Assembly: GCA_963794945.1 (NCBI GenBank) | Contig: CAWCFT010000009.1 | Location: 72,139 to 136,138 of the forward strand | Length of the DNA stretch: 64,000 bases | From: Endomicrobiales bacterium | Lineage (GTDB): Bacteria; Elusimicrobiota; Endomicrobiia; Endomicrobiales; CAWCFT01 | Direction: 5' to 3' | Shown: one piece after another, positions 54,255 to 64,000 of the stretch | Layout: every line of letters begins with the position of its first letter | Position numbering within the stretch: the first letter of the stretch is position 1 | Translations under genes and position numbers: made by a program | The notes under the pieces: model-generated | What the model saw: the letters and a program-made list of their open reading frames with translations, nothing else | The model's database searches: none | Told to the model about the DNA's origin: nothing

Positions 54255-54500
54255 TTAGTGGCCGGAACATTTCCCGCCGCAGCAGGGTCCGCCCGAACCC
54301 ATCGCTCCTCCGCACCGCTCGTCGCGGCTAAGGCACGCCTTGCCTGAACTTCCCTTCTTTGATGAGAGGGGTGTAGCCGCGCTCAACATCTTGCGGACAC
54401 TGCCTTTGCATTTGGGGCAATTGGGCTTTCCCTCGTGCATCTCCTGAAGATGTTCAAAACGTTTACCGCAAGACTCGCACTCGTACTCGTATATAGGCAT
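54255..54500 (-). CDS. FmdB-family zinc ribbon protein
   Basis: MPIYEYECESCG..FE...CPKC. Confidence 0.85.
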   Translation of the reverse strand: MPIYEYECESCGKRFEHLQEMHEGKPNCPKCKGSVRKMLSAATPLSSKKGSSGKACLSRDERCGGAMGSGGPCCGGKCSGH

Positions 54501-54518
54501 TTGATCTCCTTGTAATAT

Positions 54519-55724
54519 CTACTTGCTTTCGCCGCGCCCTGGTGTGCCCGCGGCGACTGCCGCGGTCATGAACTGCAGTATATACATGAACGGCCTTATA
54601 AAGCGCGCGGGGCGTTTAATCTCCACCGCTTTCGACGGACAAAGTTCCTGGCAGCAGAAACAGCGTATACAGCCCTCAAGATCGGCATGAGGTTTATTGT
54701 CCTTCATAATAATGACCCGGGCCGGGCATGAACGGATGCACTCACCGCAAGAAGTGCATTTGTCATGGTTAAAAACCGGCTTCGGCTTTGTGTAGCGGGC
54801 CAATAACGAGGGTATCGCGCCGTCAGTCATTGATATGCCGGCCTGGTTGCCCAGCATAGGTACGTCGAAGGAGTCAAGGCGCGCTTTTTCTAAAAGCATT
54901 CCGGAAATTTCAATATCGTTCACACTTTTGGGAGCAAGTCCCCTCACCGCAGCCTGCTTGAGCACCGGCACCTGGTCAGGCCTCAACCCTATAATGTGCG
55001 CTGCCGCTGTATCAAGCGCGAAGGCGTCCGTGCCCGCAAGCACAAGCCCTACCTGTTTCGGCTTGCCGGCAGACGGCCCTTCGCCTTCCATTCCTACAAC
55101 GGCGTCCATTATGGTTAACGCCGGCCTTACGCTTAAAAATATATCTATCAATGCGTCAGCAAACTGGTCGTGGCCGGACAGGCGCATGTGGTACTCGATC
55201 TTAGTCGTGCCGGCTATTGCGCCGAACATGTTCTTTACCGCGCCGGTGTAGATCATCTGCCCATGAGTTTTTAACTTTGGGATATTGATAACGATGTCCG
55301 CGTCAACCAGCGGTTTGATAATACTAAGCTTTTTGAGGTATTTCGCGCCGGGGTTTGAAACAACGGCTTCCGTAACATCATAGTTAAGCAAACAACCGGT
55401 CTCTTTTGCGATATCCGCGAAGCCGCAGGCTTTGTAAACACCTTCTAGGTAATGCTTGAAGTACGGCCCGCCCGGGCTGTCGGCAATGGTAACAATACCT
55501 CCAGCTTGCTGTATAAGCAGCACAAGCTCTCGCACAAAAGCCGGGTGCGTCGTTGTCGCGTCTTCGGGGCGCTTGCCCATCAGAAGGTTGGGTTTAAGCA
55601 GTACCTTGGTGCCTCTTTTGACGAACTGGTCTATACCGCCAAGGTTATTAAGCGCCTGCTCTATGGCTGCCGATACCGTTATTTTTGAATAGTCACTGCA
55701 TGGTATGATAGTAACAAGGCTCAT
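54519..55724 (-). CDS. DUF362 protein with 2x[4Fe-4S] ferredoxin domain
   Basis: VLLKPNLL, PKLKTH, GAVKNMFG, CTSCGECIRSCP, CIRCFCCQELCP. Confidence 0.85.
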   Translation of the reverse strand: MSLVTIIPCSDYSKITVSAAIEQALNNLGGIDQFVKRGTKVLLKPNLLMGKRPEDATTTHPAFVRELVLLIQQAGGIVTIADSPGGPYFKHYLEGVYKACGFADIAKETGCLLNYDVTEAVVSNPGAKYLKKLSIIKPLVDADIVINIPKLKTHGQMIYTGAVKNMFGAIAGTTKIEYHMRLSGHDQFADALIDIFLSVRPALTIMDAVVGMEGEGPSAGKPKQVGLVLAGTDAFALDTAAAHIIGLRPDQVPVLKQAAVRGLAPKSVNDIEISGMLLEKARLDSFDVPMLGNQAGISMTDGAIPSLLARYTKPKPVFNHDKCTSCGECIRSCPARVIIMKDNKPHADLEGCIRCFCCQELCPSKAVEIKRPARFIRPFMYILQFMTAAVAAGTPGRGESK

Positions 55725-55761
55725 TATACGATCCTAATATACTTTTCGCGCAACAAAAATA

Positions 55762-56821
55762 CTAGCCGCGCGGAGGGCCGAAACTTCTACCGCCCGCTTT
55801 TGTGAAACGAGAGAACGGCTTGTCCTTTCTAACTCCTGAACTGCGCCCGCTGAAAGAACCGTTCCTTCTGGGCTTAAACTCCGGCCTGCCCGGAGAAAAA
55901 GAGTTCCTGCCTGAAGATGACGCGGGCCTACCGCCCGGCGAATAGGGCTTACCAAAAGGCCGCTCGCCTCTCGGTTTAAATTCCGGTTTTCCCGCCGAAA
56001 AGCTTGGCCTGCCTTCAGGCGACGAAGGCCGGCCGGTTGAAGCATATGGTTTTCCTTTCCATTCAGGTCGGCCAGTTTTTGGATATGCAGGCCTGCCTTC
56101 AAAAGTTCTATTACCCGAAAAGGGTTTTCCGCCTGTTCCGCGTTCGTCTATTGAATATCTTTGTCTCCCAGCCGGTGAATACGTCTTGCCGGAAGAAGAC
56201 GAATAAGTTTCCTGCTTCTTAAATCCCTGGTAAGGCCTGGCTCTTTCGCCGGCGCCGTAGCTGCCGGTTGAAGGCTCTGTCCTGGTGAAGGGCCTTTCCC
56301 CTCTTGGTTTGTATTCAAGCCTGGCTTCACGTGCAGGGAAAGGTGCTCCGGGTTTACCGCCTCTCACTCTTGAACCGTACCCGTAACCGCCCTCGCGCCT
56401 TGGGGCAAATCCGGGCTTTCTATACGGACGCCCTTCTTTTCTTTTAAATCCAGGTTTTTCCGAAGAGGCCTGTCTCTGTGAATTGTCAGGCCTTGGTTCC
56501 CTGCTGACAGGCCTTTCATCATACATCTGAGGCGCGGCTTTTCTCAACTGGTTTAGCCCGGAAAAATATTCAGGGCCGAACTTAGGGTTTGCTTCCTTGA
56601 CCCTTATCTTCTGCTTAAAGAATTTAGAATGGTTCAGAGCCTTTATCGCGGCTTTCCGCTTCCGCCTGCACGGGCATATCAACAAACCCTATACCGGTCG
56701 GCTGTTCATTCATCGGGTCAACGACTATATAAGCCGTGGTTATGGTTCCGTACGGGCGGAACTGCGCCATTAGTTTTTCCGCGCTTGCCAGATCCGACAG
56801 GTTTCTTACAAGTATTATCAT
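55762..56821 (-). CDS. RRM RNA-binding protein with long basic disordered tail (frameshift)
   Basis: ILVRNL, GIGFVDM, IRVKEA; R/G/P/S-rich tail. Confidence 0.7.
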
Positions 56822-57018
56822 ATTGTCTCTTCAGATTTGTCGTTGTCATCCGGCGCGATTATTGGCGGCGTCTCCTGCGCGGGTTCGAGGACATTAACAA
56901 CAGCATCGTCGGGTAATTCACCGCCCTTATTTAGCTTGCGCTGCCTTTTCGCTTCGTTCTTCTTCTTCCTCTTTAGTTCCTTCATGTGCTTCTCGTAACC
57001 GTAATTCGGTTTTTTCAT
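56818..57018 (-). CDS. Small basic hypothetical protein
   Basis: KPNYGYEK..KEL.RKKK.EAKRQRK motif. Confidence 0.55.
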   Translation of the reverse strand: MKKPNYGYEKHMKELKRKKKNEAKRQRKLNKGGELPDDAVVNVLEPAQETPPIIAPDDNDKSEETI

Positions 57019-57019
57019 C

Positions 57020-57328
57020 TTACCTTCCTTTTGCTAGATTATCATCCCGCTGATCATTGCCGCCCAAGGCGGCATCTTCCGCTCTCTGTCTTTCTGATTC
57101 CCTGTATATGTCTTCAACTTTCTTTCTCGCCCACGGTGTACGCCTTAAGAACGTCAGGCTGGACTTGATACTGGGGTTGAACAGGAAGCACCTTATTTTA
57201 ACATCTTCTCCGAGCGCTGTCCACCCGTAACGCTCGACGAGACGCGTCAATATCATTTCCAGCGTTACGCCGTGGAGAGGGTCTTTCGAAGCATGTTTAT
57301 GTTCTTGCGCGTTTTTTCCGCTATCCAT
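57020..57328 (-). CDS. VF530/DUF2132 family DNA-binding protein
   Basis: [38 protein letters not shown]. Confidence 0.85.
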   Translation of the reverse strand: MDSGKNAQEHKHASKDPLHGVTLEMILTRLVERYGWTALGEDVKIRCFLFNPSIKSSLTFLRRTPWARKKVEDIYRESERQRAEDAALGGNDQRDDNLAKGR

Positions 57329-57346
57329 AATTTACCAGAGCAAGGC

Positions 57347-57937
57347 TTATTTCAAACAGGCAACGAAATCCTGAAGCTTTTTAATGTAACGGCCGTGGTG
57401 GTTGGGGCTGAGGTCGCCGGCGGTAAACCCCGTGCTTGCGATAACCGTTTTCCCGGTTATCTCCTGAATCTTTTTGACGGCTTTTCCCGGGCCCATACCG
57501 CTGGCCGTCGAGAACACCGCCACATTTTTGAACGACGACTTATTGCTGGTGACATACGTCCTTACCGCGGGCGTTAGCGTCCACGTCCATATCGGAGTAC
57601 CCAAAACCACGAGGTCGTACTTCGCGGGATCGTTCTTGATAGGCTCTATCTCTGTGAGGCTGCCGCTTATCGAATCCCTGCAGGCGTTTACATATCCCCC
57701 TGCGCCGCTGCGGTCTTTTTTATCGATAAGCTGTTCGATATCAGCGTTGAGCGATCGGGCGATATCTTCCGCCGCCCTTTTCGTGTTGCCCGTACGGGAA
57801 TAATAGACGACCAATATCTTTTTTGAAGGAACCGCGGCCGTACTTTCGGTGACAGGAACATTTAAAGACTGTGCCGAGAACAATTTCACCGCGCTCAACA
57901 TGACTGCCGCCAAAACAAGATACTTTACTGATCGCAT
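57347..57937 (-). CDS. Secreted flavodoxin-like protein
   Basis: VVYYSRTGNT, LGTPIW. Confidence 0.8.
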   Translation of the reverse strand: MRSVKYLVLAAVMLSAVKLFSAQSLNVPVTESTAAVPSKKILVVYYSRTGNTKRAAEDIARSLNADIEQLIDKKDRSGAGGYVNACRDSISGSLTEIEPIKNDPAKYDLVVLGTPIWTWTLTPAVRTYVTSNKSSFKNVAVFSTASGMGPGKAVKKIQEITGKTVIASTGFTAGDLSPNHHGRYIKKLQDFVACLK

Positions 57938-57955
57938 CGTTTCCTCTCCCGCCTG

Positions 57956-58507
57956 CTATTTTGTTATAGGTATCACATATAGCGTTTTTTTGTTTGGCAT
58001 ATCGTAGATCTCGTATGTTTCCCGGGCTTTGTAGCCTTTGCCCGACATATACTTCATCAGCACCGGATATACCTTCATCGGCGCTATCATGTACGACACG
58101 ACGCTTTTTGTCGGAAAATCTACCACCATGCAGTCGGCCTGCGGGAATGTTCCCACCTTGAGTTTTTGCTCTGTAAGGCTAAGGACCTTTTGCACGTCTA
58201 TGTCCTCTACTATACTGCCGCAATAACTGCGAAGCTTATCCGAGCTGACCATATCCGGATTGTCGAAATACACGCCTATACCTTCCCTGTGTTTTATTCC
58301 CTGAGCGTCAAGTTTGCTATTTACCCTCGCGAACACAGGGACAGTCTTCTGGTAAGGGCCGGTGAATTCTTCGTAAGCGTAGGCGTATGGCCCAATTTTC
58401 TGCTCTTTAACTATAACGGTCGAGAACATTCCCAGGTACGAGAGCATCCCAAAGGCCGCGGCTGCAAGAACCACAACGATTATACCGACCCAATTGCGTA
58501 CTTTCAT
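57956..58507 (-). CDS. GyrI-like domain protein
   Basis: GPY, GVYFDNP...KLRSYCG, KVYP, EIYD. Confidence 0.7.
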   Translation of the reverse strand: MKVRNWVGIIVVVLAAAAFGMLSYLGMFSTVIVKEQKIGPYAYAYEEFTGPYQKTVPVFARVNSKLDAQGIKHREGIGVYFDNPDMVSSDKLRSYCGSIVEDIDVQKVLSLTEQKLKVGTFPQADCMVVDFPTKSVVSYMIAPMKVYPVLMKYMSGKGYKARETYEIYDMPNKKTLYVIPITK

Positions 58508-58531
58508 TTTGGCCTCCTAAAGCTCTGTTAT

Positions 58532-59173
58532 CTAGCTTGGCGAGCCTACCATCGGCACGAAGCGAACAGGCAATATGTTATGCTGAATTACTTCATCGTT
58601 AACTTTTTCCAGCAGCATCAGTTCCTGGTGCGCCGACCCCACCGGCAGAACCATTCTCCCGCCCTCGGCAAGCTGTTCGACAAGGTGCGGCGGTATCTCA
58701 TCCGGCGCGGCCGTGGCTATTATCCCATTGTAAGGCGAATGCTCCGGCCAGCCCAGGTAGCCGTCACCTGTTTTTATATTTATGTTGTTGTAGCCCAGGT
58801 CTCTTAAGAGTTTTGCAGCCTTTTGCGCGAGACGAGGCACCACCTCGACAGTATACACTTCTTTCGCGGTCATTGAAAGCACCGCGGTCTGGTAGCCTGA
58901 CCCTGTGCCTATCTCCAGGACTTTTTCACTGCCTTTTAGGCCGAGCAGGGCCGTCATCAGGGCCACCATGTACGGCTGGGATATCGTTTGCCCTTCGCCT
59001 ATGGGCAGCGGGTTGTCATCATAAGCCGACGACTGCAGTGTTTCGGGAACGAACATGTGCCTTGGCACCGCGCGCATGGCTTCCAACACTCTTTTGTCTC
59101 TGACGCCGCGCGCTTCTATTTGGTATTTTATCATGTCATCTATCAACATGTGTACTTCCCCGACAGGGCTCAT
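58532..59173 (-). CDS. pcm: Protein-L-isoaspartate O-methyltransferase
   Basis: VPRHMFVP, GQTISQPYMVA, VLEIGTGSGYQ, VRFVPM. Confidence 0.95.
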   Translation of the reverse strand: MSPVGEVHMLIDDMIKYQIEARGVRDKRVLEAMRAVPRHMFVPETLQSSAYDDNPLPIGEGQTISQPYMVALMTALLGLKGSEKVLEIGTGSGYQTAVLSMTAKEVYTVEVVPRLAQKAAKLLRDLGYNNINIKTGDGYLGWPEHSPYNGIIATAAPDEIPPHLVEQLAEGGRMVLPVGSAHQELMLLEKVNDEVIQHNILPVRFVPMVGSPS

Positions 59174-59559
59174 TCAAAAATGGCCTTTTTCATCAAAGGC
59201 AGGTCGCTTAAAATATGTGTGACCGCGCCAACGGCTACCGGCACGACGAACGGCCTGAAGAACATGTCCGCTACTAGGACTATAAGCGAAGCGAACAAAA
59301 GATGCGTCACCATGGCGTTCTTAAGGACTCCGGTCTTCCATATGGTTCTGATGAAATTGTCGTAAAGCGAGTATATCTTTAGAGGGTTCTTAAACTCCCT
59401 AAGGCTCGCGTGCTGTTTCGCCCCGGCCCAAACCAGGGCAACCACGTCAAGGTCTATCACAGCGGACGTAAGCCCGCTTACCAGTATCCATTCCGGCTTG
59501 CTGATGGCGAATGGCGCCATTACCGCCCCTGAGATAAGAAAGTGCTTATGCGGAAGCAT
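59170..59559 (-). CDS. Membrane protein (metal-dependent hydrolase-like His/Asp motifs)
   Basis: HKH, IDLD, TH, THILSD. Confidence 0.5.
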   Translation of the reverse strand: MLPHKHFLISGAVMAPFAISKPEWILVSGLTSAVIDLDVVALVWAGAKQHASLREFKNPLKIYSLYDNFIRTIWKTGVLKNAMVTHLLFASLIVLVADMFFRPFVVPVAVGAVTHILSDLPLMKKAIFE

Positions 59560-59774
59560 CTAACAACCTTTCCGGCAGACCATATTAACATCGCCGGCTG
59601 TCTAACCACTTATTTTAGTTTTTGATAAATGCTTGGTTTGTATATGAACAAGGGCGTTTGCAGTATAGCCTAAACGCACGGCTTCATTCCCCACAACAAG
59701 ATTTTACCATTCCGGCTTAAATAAGTAAACCCCCGCCGCATTTCCGGGTTTAAATAAAGTATGAGGTCGCAGGT

Positions 59775-62194
59775 TCACTCCGCCCAAAACTCAGCCACCA
59801 GCTCGCGCGCGTGCTCGATGCCGCCTGTCTTAAGGTGTTTGATCGGATGCCAGTGGCCCGGGATAAGCTCGCTGTACGGCGGCCGGGCGAAACGTTCGTC
59901 CATCAGCAGTATCACGCCCCTGTCCGTCTCGGTGCGGATAACCCGGCCCGCGGCCTGCAATACCTTGTTCATGCCGGGATATATGTACGAGTATTCGTAA
60001 CCCGACTCGCGAGTCTCCTGAAAATATTGGCGTATGATGTTTCGCTCAAGCGATATCTGCGGCAGGCCCACACCAACTATCACGACGCCGGATAGCCTTT
60101 CGCCGACAAGGTCTATACCCTCGCCGAACACTCCGCCCATTACCGCGAACCCCACAAGCGTTGTTTTGCCGAACCGGGAGAACTCTTCTAGGAACAGCGC
60201 CCGCGCTCCCTCGCTCATGCCCGGCCCCTGGCAGACAACCGATACCCCGGGGTTGGCTATCCTGAACCTGGCGCACACCTCGTTCATGTATTTGTACGAC
60301 GGGAAATACGCGATGTAGTTTCCCACCTTGCCGCTCGCGAGCGCCGCGATACCCTGGGCTATCCTGTCGTAAGAATATTCGCGTGTCTTGTAAGTAGTGG
60401 AAACACGGTCGTCCAGGAGCACCTTCAGGTTGTCCTGAAGGAACGGCGAGCCCAGCTTAATAAGCTCCGTGTCCTCGCCCGCGCCCAACAGCTCCCTGAA
60501 GTAAGGAAGCGGGGTAAGCGTCGCAGAAAAGAATACGGCGCTCTTGGCGCGCCTGAGCGCGTCTTTGAGCAGGTACGAGGGGTCGACGCAAAACTGTTTT
60601 ACCGTGAGATCATTTCCGGTAAGCTCGTAGTAGCACCTGTACCTCTCGTCGAAATACTCGGCGGTGCGCAGGAAGTTGTGCGCCTCGAAATACAGCTCCA
60701 GAAGTTTCTCGCTGAAAGGGTACGGCTTGCCCGTCTCGAGTATCTTTTCCGAAACAGCAATGAGCGCCTTAAGGTCGGGCAGGATCTCCACCGGCGCTTC
60801 CTGTCTAACCACGAAACCCAGGAGCCGCCCCTCTTCTTCACCGCCCTGCTCGCAAGCCGAGCGCGCCCTTGCCATGTATTCGTATAAACAGTCCAGCACG
60901 ATCCCAAGCTTAACAAGACGGGCGTCCGGCCGCCTGCGCTCGGGCCTCGCGACGGCGTCGCGCACTTCGCTTATCATCGACTGGGTAAGCTGAGCCGAGA
61001 ACATCTCACGGGCGCGGTCCACAAGGTTGTGTCCTTCGTCCACCAGAAATAGGTACTCTTCCGAGCCGGTCCGCTCTTCGTCGGCAAAGAAACGGCGGAG
61101 ATAGACCCTGGGGTCAAAAATATAGTTGTAGTCGCAGATGATGCAGTCGGCCCAAAGCGCCATGTCCAGAGTGAACTCGAACGGACAAAGCGAGTGTTTT
61201 CGCGCGCAAGCTTCTATCGTCTGCCTGTCGAGCCTGTCGTTATCAAAAAGCTCCTTGACCGCGGGCCGGAGCCTGTCGTAGTAGCCCTTCGCGAAAACGC
61301 ATTCTTCGGGCGTGCACTCAGCGCCCGGGTTAAAACAGATCTTGTCCTTCGCGGTTATAGTTATAGTTTTAAGCCGCAGACCCCTTTCGCCGCATAGTGT
61401 CGAGCGCGTTCTCGGCTATGGCCCGGGTTACGGTCTTGGCGGTCGCGTAAAATATCTTTGAGACAACGCCCTCGCCCGCCGCTTTCACAGCCGGGTACAG
61501 CGTTGCCATTGTCTTGCCGATACCCGTCGGCGCCTGCGCGAAAAGCATTGAGCCGTTATTTACCGTCTTCCAAACGGTTTCGACAAGCTCCTCCTGCCCG
61601 GCGCGGTATGTTTCAAAAGGGAACGATAAGCTTTTTATGGATGTGTCCCGTGTCAGGGCCCACTTCTTTAGCACCTTGGCCCAGGCGATGTATTCGAGCG
61701 CGAGCCGCTCGAAGAATTCCTTGAGCTCTGGAATGGTAAAGCTTTTTTCGAACGCCCTTGTTTGCCGGCTGTCCAGCTGTGAATAGATTATCTGCACGGC
61801 AACCGATTTTATCTTGTGCTCCTTCGCGTACATGAAGGCGTAGCACTGCGCCTGCGCCCAGTGGAGCGGGTGGGTCTTCATCCGTCAAGTCCTCCAGCGT
61901 TTCGGAAGTGGACTTTATCTCCTGGATGGTTACCGCGTCTTCGGATTCGAACACTCCGTCTATGCGGCCTCCTACTTCAAGGCGTATCCCGCTCTTTGTG
62001 ACTGCATGCGAAACCATTACCTCTGAAGTATATCTGCAGCCCGGCGAAGAAGCGAGCCTGTTTGCCCGCTGTATTGCCTGGTGGTGCCATATCCCCTCGG
62101 CAAGCCGCGACGAGCCGATGAACCCGGAGTCTATGTCCCCCGATTGAAGCGTGAAAGCGATGAGGTCCCTCACCGAAACCCTGACCGTGTACAT
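59775..62194 (-). CDS. DinG/Rad3-like Fe-S DNA helicase with N-terminal Cas4-like PD-(D/E)xK nuclease (frameshifts)
   Basis: GRIDG...EIKS, HWAQAQCY, APTGIGKT, CPFE, DEGHNL, SATL, QAAGRVIRT. Confidence 0.85.
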
Positions 62195-62229
62195 TTAAAC
62201 CCCTGAGAGACAATATCTAATAGATAGGG

Positions 62230-62798
62230 GCGATCGATGCGCTGACCGGCGCGGACAGCGCGCCGGTGCAAGCGTCGAACTGGAAGCTGTGGCTGATCGC
62301 TTCGCCTTTCATCATGACCGCTCGAGCTATGGCGGCCTGCGCGTGCTGATGGCGGTCCTGACCCAGTGGCGTGACGGTATTTTCGCGCGGGTGGCGATGC
62401 ACGCGGTGCGCAAGCTCGCCTTTCTCACCTTCGTGCACATGCACGAACTGTCGCTGCGCTTTCATCTGGAGCGCAAGACCGGCGGGCTGACGCGGGTGCT
62501 GGAGCGCGGCCGGCTCGGCATCGAGAGATCGTGCGGATGGTGATCCTGCAACTGGTCCCGACCATCGTCGAGGTCTCGCTGCTGATGGGCGTGCTGCTGT
62601 GGAAGTTCGACTGGCGCTATCTGGTCGCGACCCTGATCACGGTCGTGGTCTTCATGTATTATACCTATAAGGCGACCGAATGGCGGATCGAGATCCGCCG
62701 CAAGATGAACGAATCCGACACCGACGCCAACACCAAGGCGATCGACTTGCTCTGAATTACGAGACGGTCAAATATTTCGGCGCCGAGGCGCGCGAAGC
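62230..62798 (+). other. Internal fragment of ATM1-type ABC exporter, high GC, foreign to the rest of the window
   Basis: FVHMHELSLRFHLERKTGGLTRVLERG, EWRIEIRRKMNESDTDANTKAID..LNYETVKYF; no start or stop. Confidence 0.75.
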
Positions 62799-63407
62799 CA
62801 TTGAATTTGTAATTTTTCAAATTCAAATTTGCGCAAGTTTTTTATTTCTATAGATATTACAATGAATCAAAGACATTATGAAAGAGCAATTTAAGGGCTT
62901 TCTTATTTAAAAAATTATACTGTTATTAAAACCACTGTAATTCATTTAAAATACTTTATCAATTGATTCATAAATTCACTGAAAACAGTATAACTTTTTA
63001 AATTTGAAATGCATAGTATACTCAAAGACACATTATAAAAGCCCGCAAATGGCACTTTCATTATGTTTTATTCATTTTAATATCTGCAGAAATTAAAAAG
63101 TTACGTAAGTTTGAATACTCTCAAAAAATTTAAATATATTACACCCAGGAAACCCATCGGCCCCTTTCGATCACCGCCTCGAAAAGGTCCCGGTTCACGG
63201 CGAAAAGAAAATCCTGGGAGCGTTGAAGGTAATCCCCGTGATAACCGGCGGAGGGTTCGCTTAATCTCATCCCCAGGCAAGGAAGGGCCTGCAGGAGGCC
63301 GGGCAGGGGGGGGTGGTGATGCAGGGAAACCACGTCGCCCTTCCAATAAAAATAGCCGTTGGTTATTTCCGCGGGCTCGTCGTTGGTGGGGGAACCGGCA
63401 GATGACC

Positions 63408-64000
63408 TCACGTCCCGATGATCTTGTGTTCAATCGCGTACTTGATCAAGTCCGCCGTTCCGCGCAGATGCAGCTTGCCACTGATCATGGACTTGTGGAA
63501 TTCCACGGTCTTGATCGTCACGTGGAGAACGTCGGCAATCTCCTTGTTCAGATGTCCCTCGGCCAGAGTGGAGCACCTCTCGTTGACGATCCGTAAGATC
63601 GCCGGAGGACATCCTTCTTTTCATCGATGCTCCCGGTAGACGGCCGTCGAAACCCTTTGCAATGACGGGAGTGGATCGGTCCGCCCCTGAGAACTTCTTC
63701 AATCGCGCGGGTCAGCTCGGAGGCAACCGACCGTTTCAGGATGTAACCCGAAGCTCCGGCGCGAAACGCCTCCTTGACATAATCAACGTCCGCGTGCATG
63801 GTCAGGAAGATCAGCTTCACCTTGGGAAGCGACTTCTTAATCTGCCGGGCGGCCGTGAGCCCGTTCATCAGGGGCATGGAGATGTCCAGCAGAATCACAT
63901 CGGGTCTGAGGACTGGAGCAAGCCTTACGAAAGAAGCGCCCGGCCGTCTCCGGCGGTTCCAACGACCTCGAACTGTGGTTCGAGCAGTTCGCGCAACCCG
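63408..64000 (-). CDS. NarL/LuxR-family response regulator (partial, frameshifted)
   Basis: LLDISMPLMNG, FLTMH, GYILK; LTDRQREVL...KEIA..L....KTVEFH. Confidence 0.85.

Noticed and set aside
61369..62194. Cas4-like nuclease as evidence of a CRISPR or defence system
   Set aside because: It is the N-terminal domain of a common DinG/Rad3-like helicase fusion, with no cas context.
62800..63140. AT-rich tract as a replication origin
   Set aside because: No clear DnaA-box cluster, and it sits inside the apparently chimeric end.

Overview
This is a bacterial chromosomal window, almost entirely minus-strand genes, and it looks like error-prone long-read sequence: pheS, rho, uup, ligD, ku, msrAB and others carry indel-type frameshifts. 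The gene style suggests an uncultured anaerobe, possibly Elusimicrobiota-like (a weak guess). From left to right it holds a radical-SAM cluster (1-3.2 kb), the thrS-infC-rpmI-rplT-pheS-pheT operon, and a ~15 kb accessory block between tRNA-Val(GAC) and tRNA-Cys(GCA). That block is the highlight: a RiPP-like system with six tandem, divergent precursor peptides that share a KWIKPEKIxFGN leader. All 24 core cysteines sit in C-x-x-G motifs and each core has exactly one Arg. The precursors are followed by two stand-alone PqqD/RRE proteins, two radical SAM/SPASM enzymes resembling SynChlorMet ScmE/ScmF, a UPF0489 (peptide-arginase-like) protein, an S26-peptidase/methyltransferase-like fusion and a further radical SAM. 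They are preceded by another radical SAM, a Wzm/Wzt ABC exporter and two glycosyltransferases. An intact IS4 element (19-bp IRs, 9-bp target duplication) sits 25 nt upstream of the first precursor. The right half has stress and repair genes (short rho, uup, recQ, ku-ligD, htrA, msrAB, ppk2, pcm, DinG-like helicase), several palindromic repeat families and a ~1.1 kb GCTTCC 12-bp-period array. The last ~1.8 kb looks chimeric. All family calls are by motif recognition; no database searches were run.
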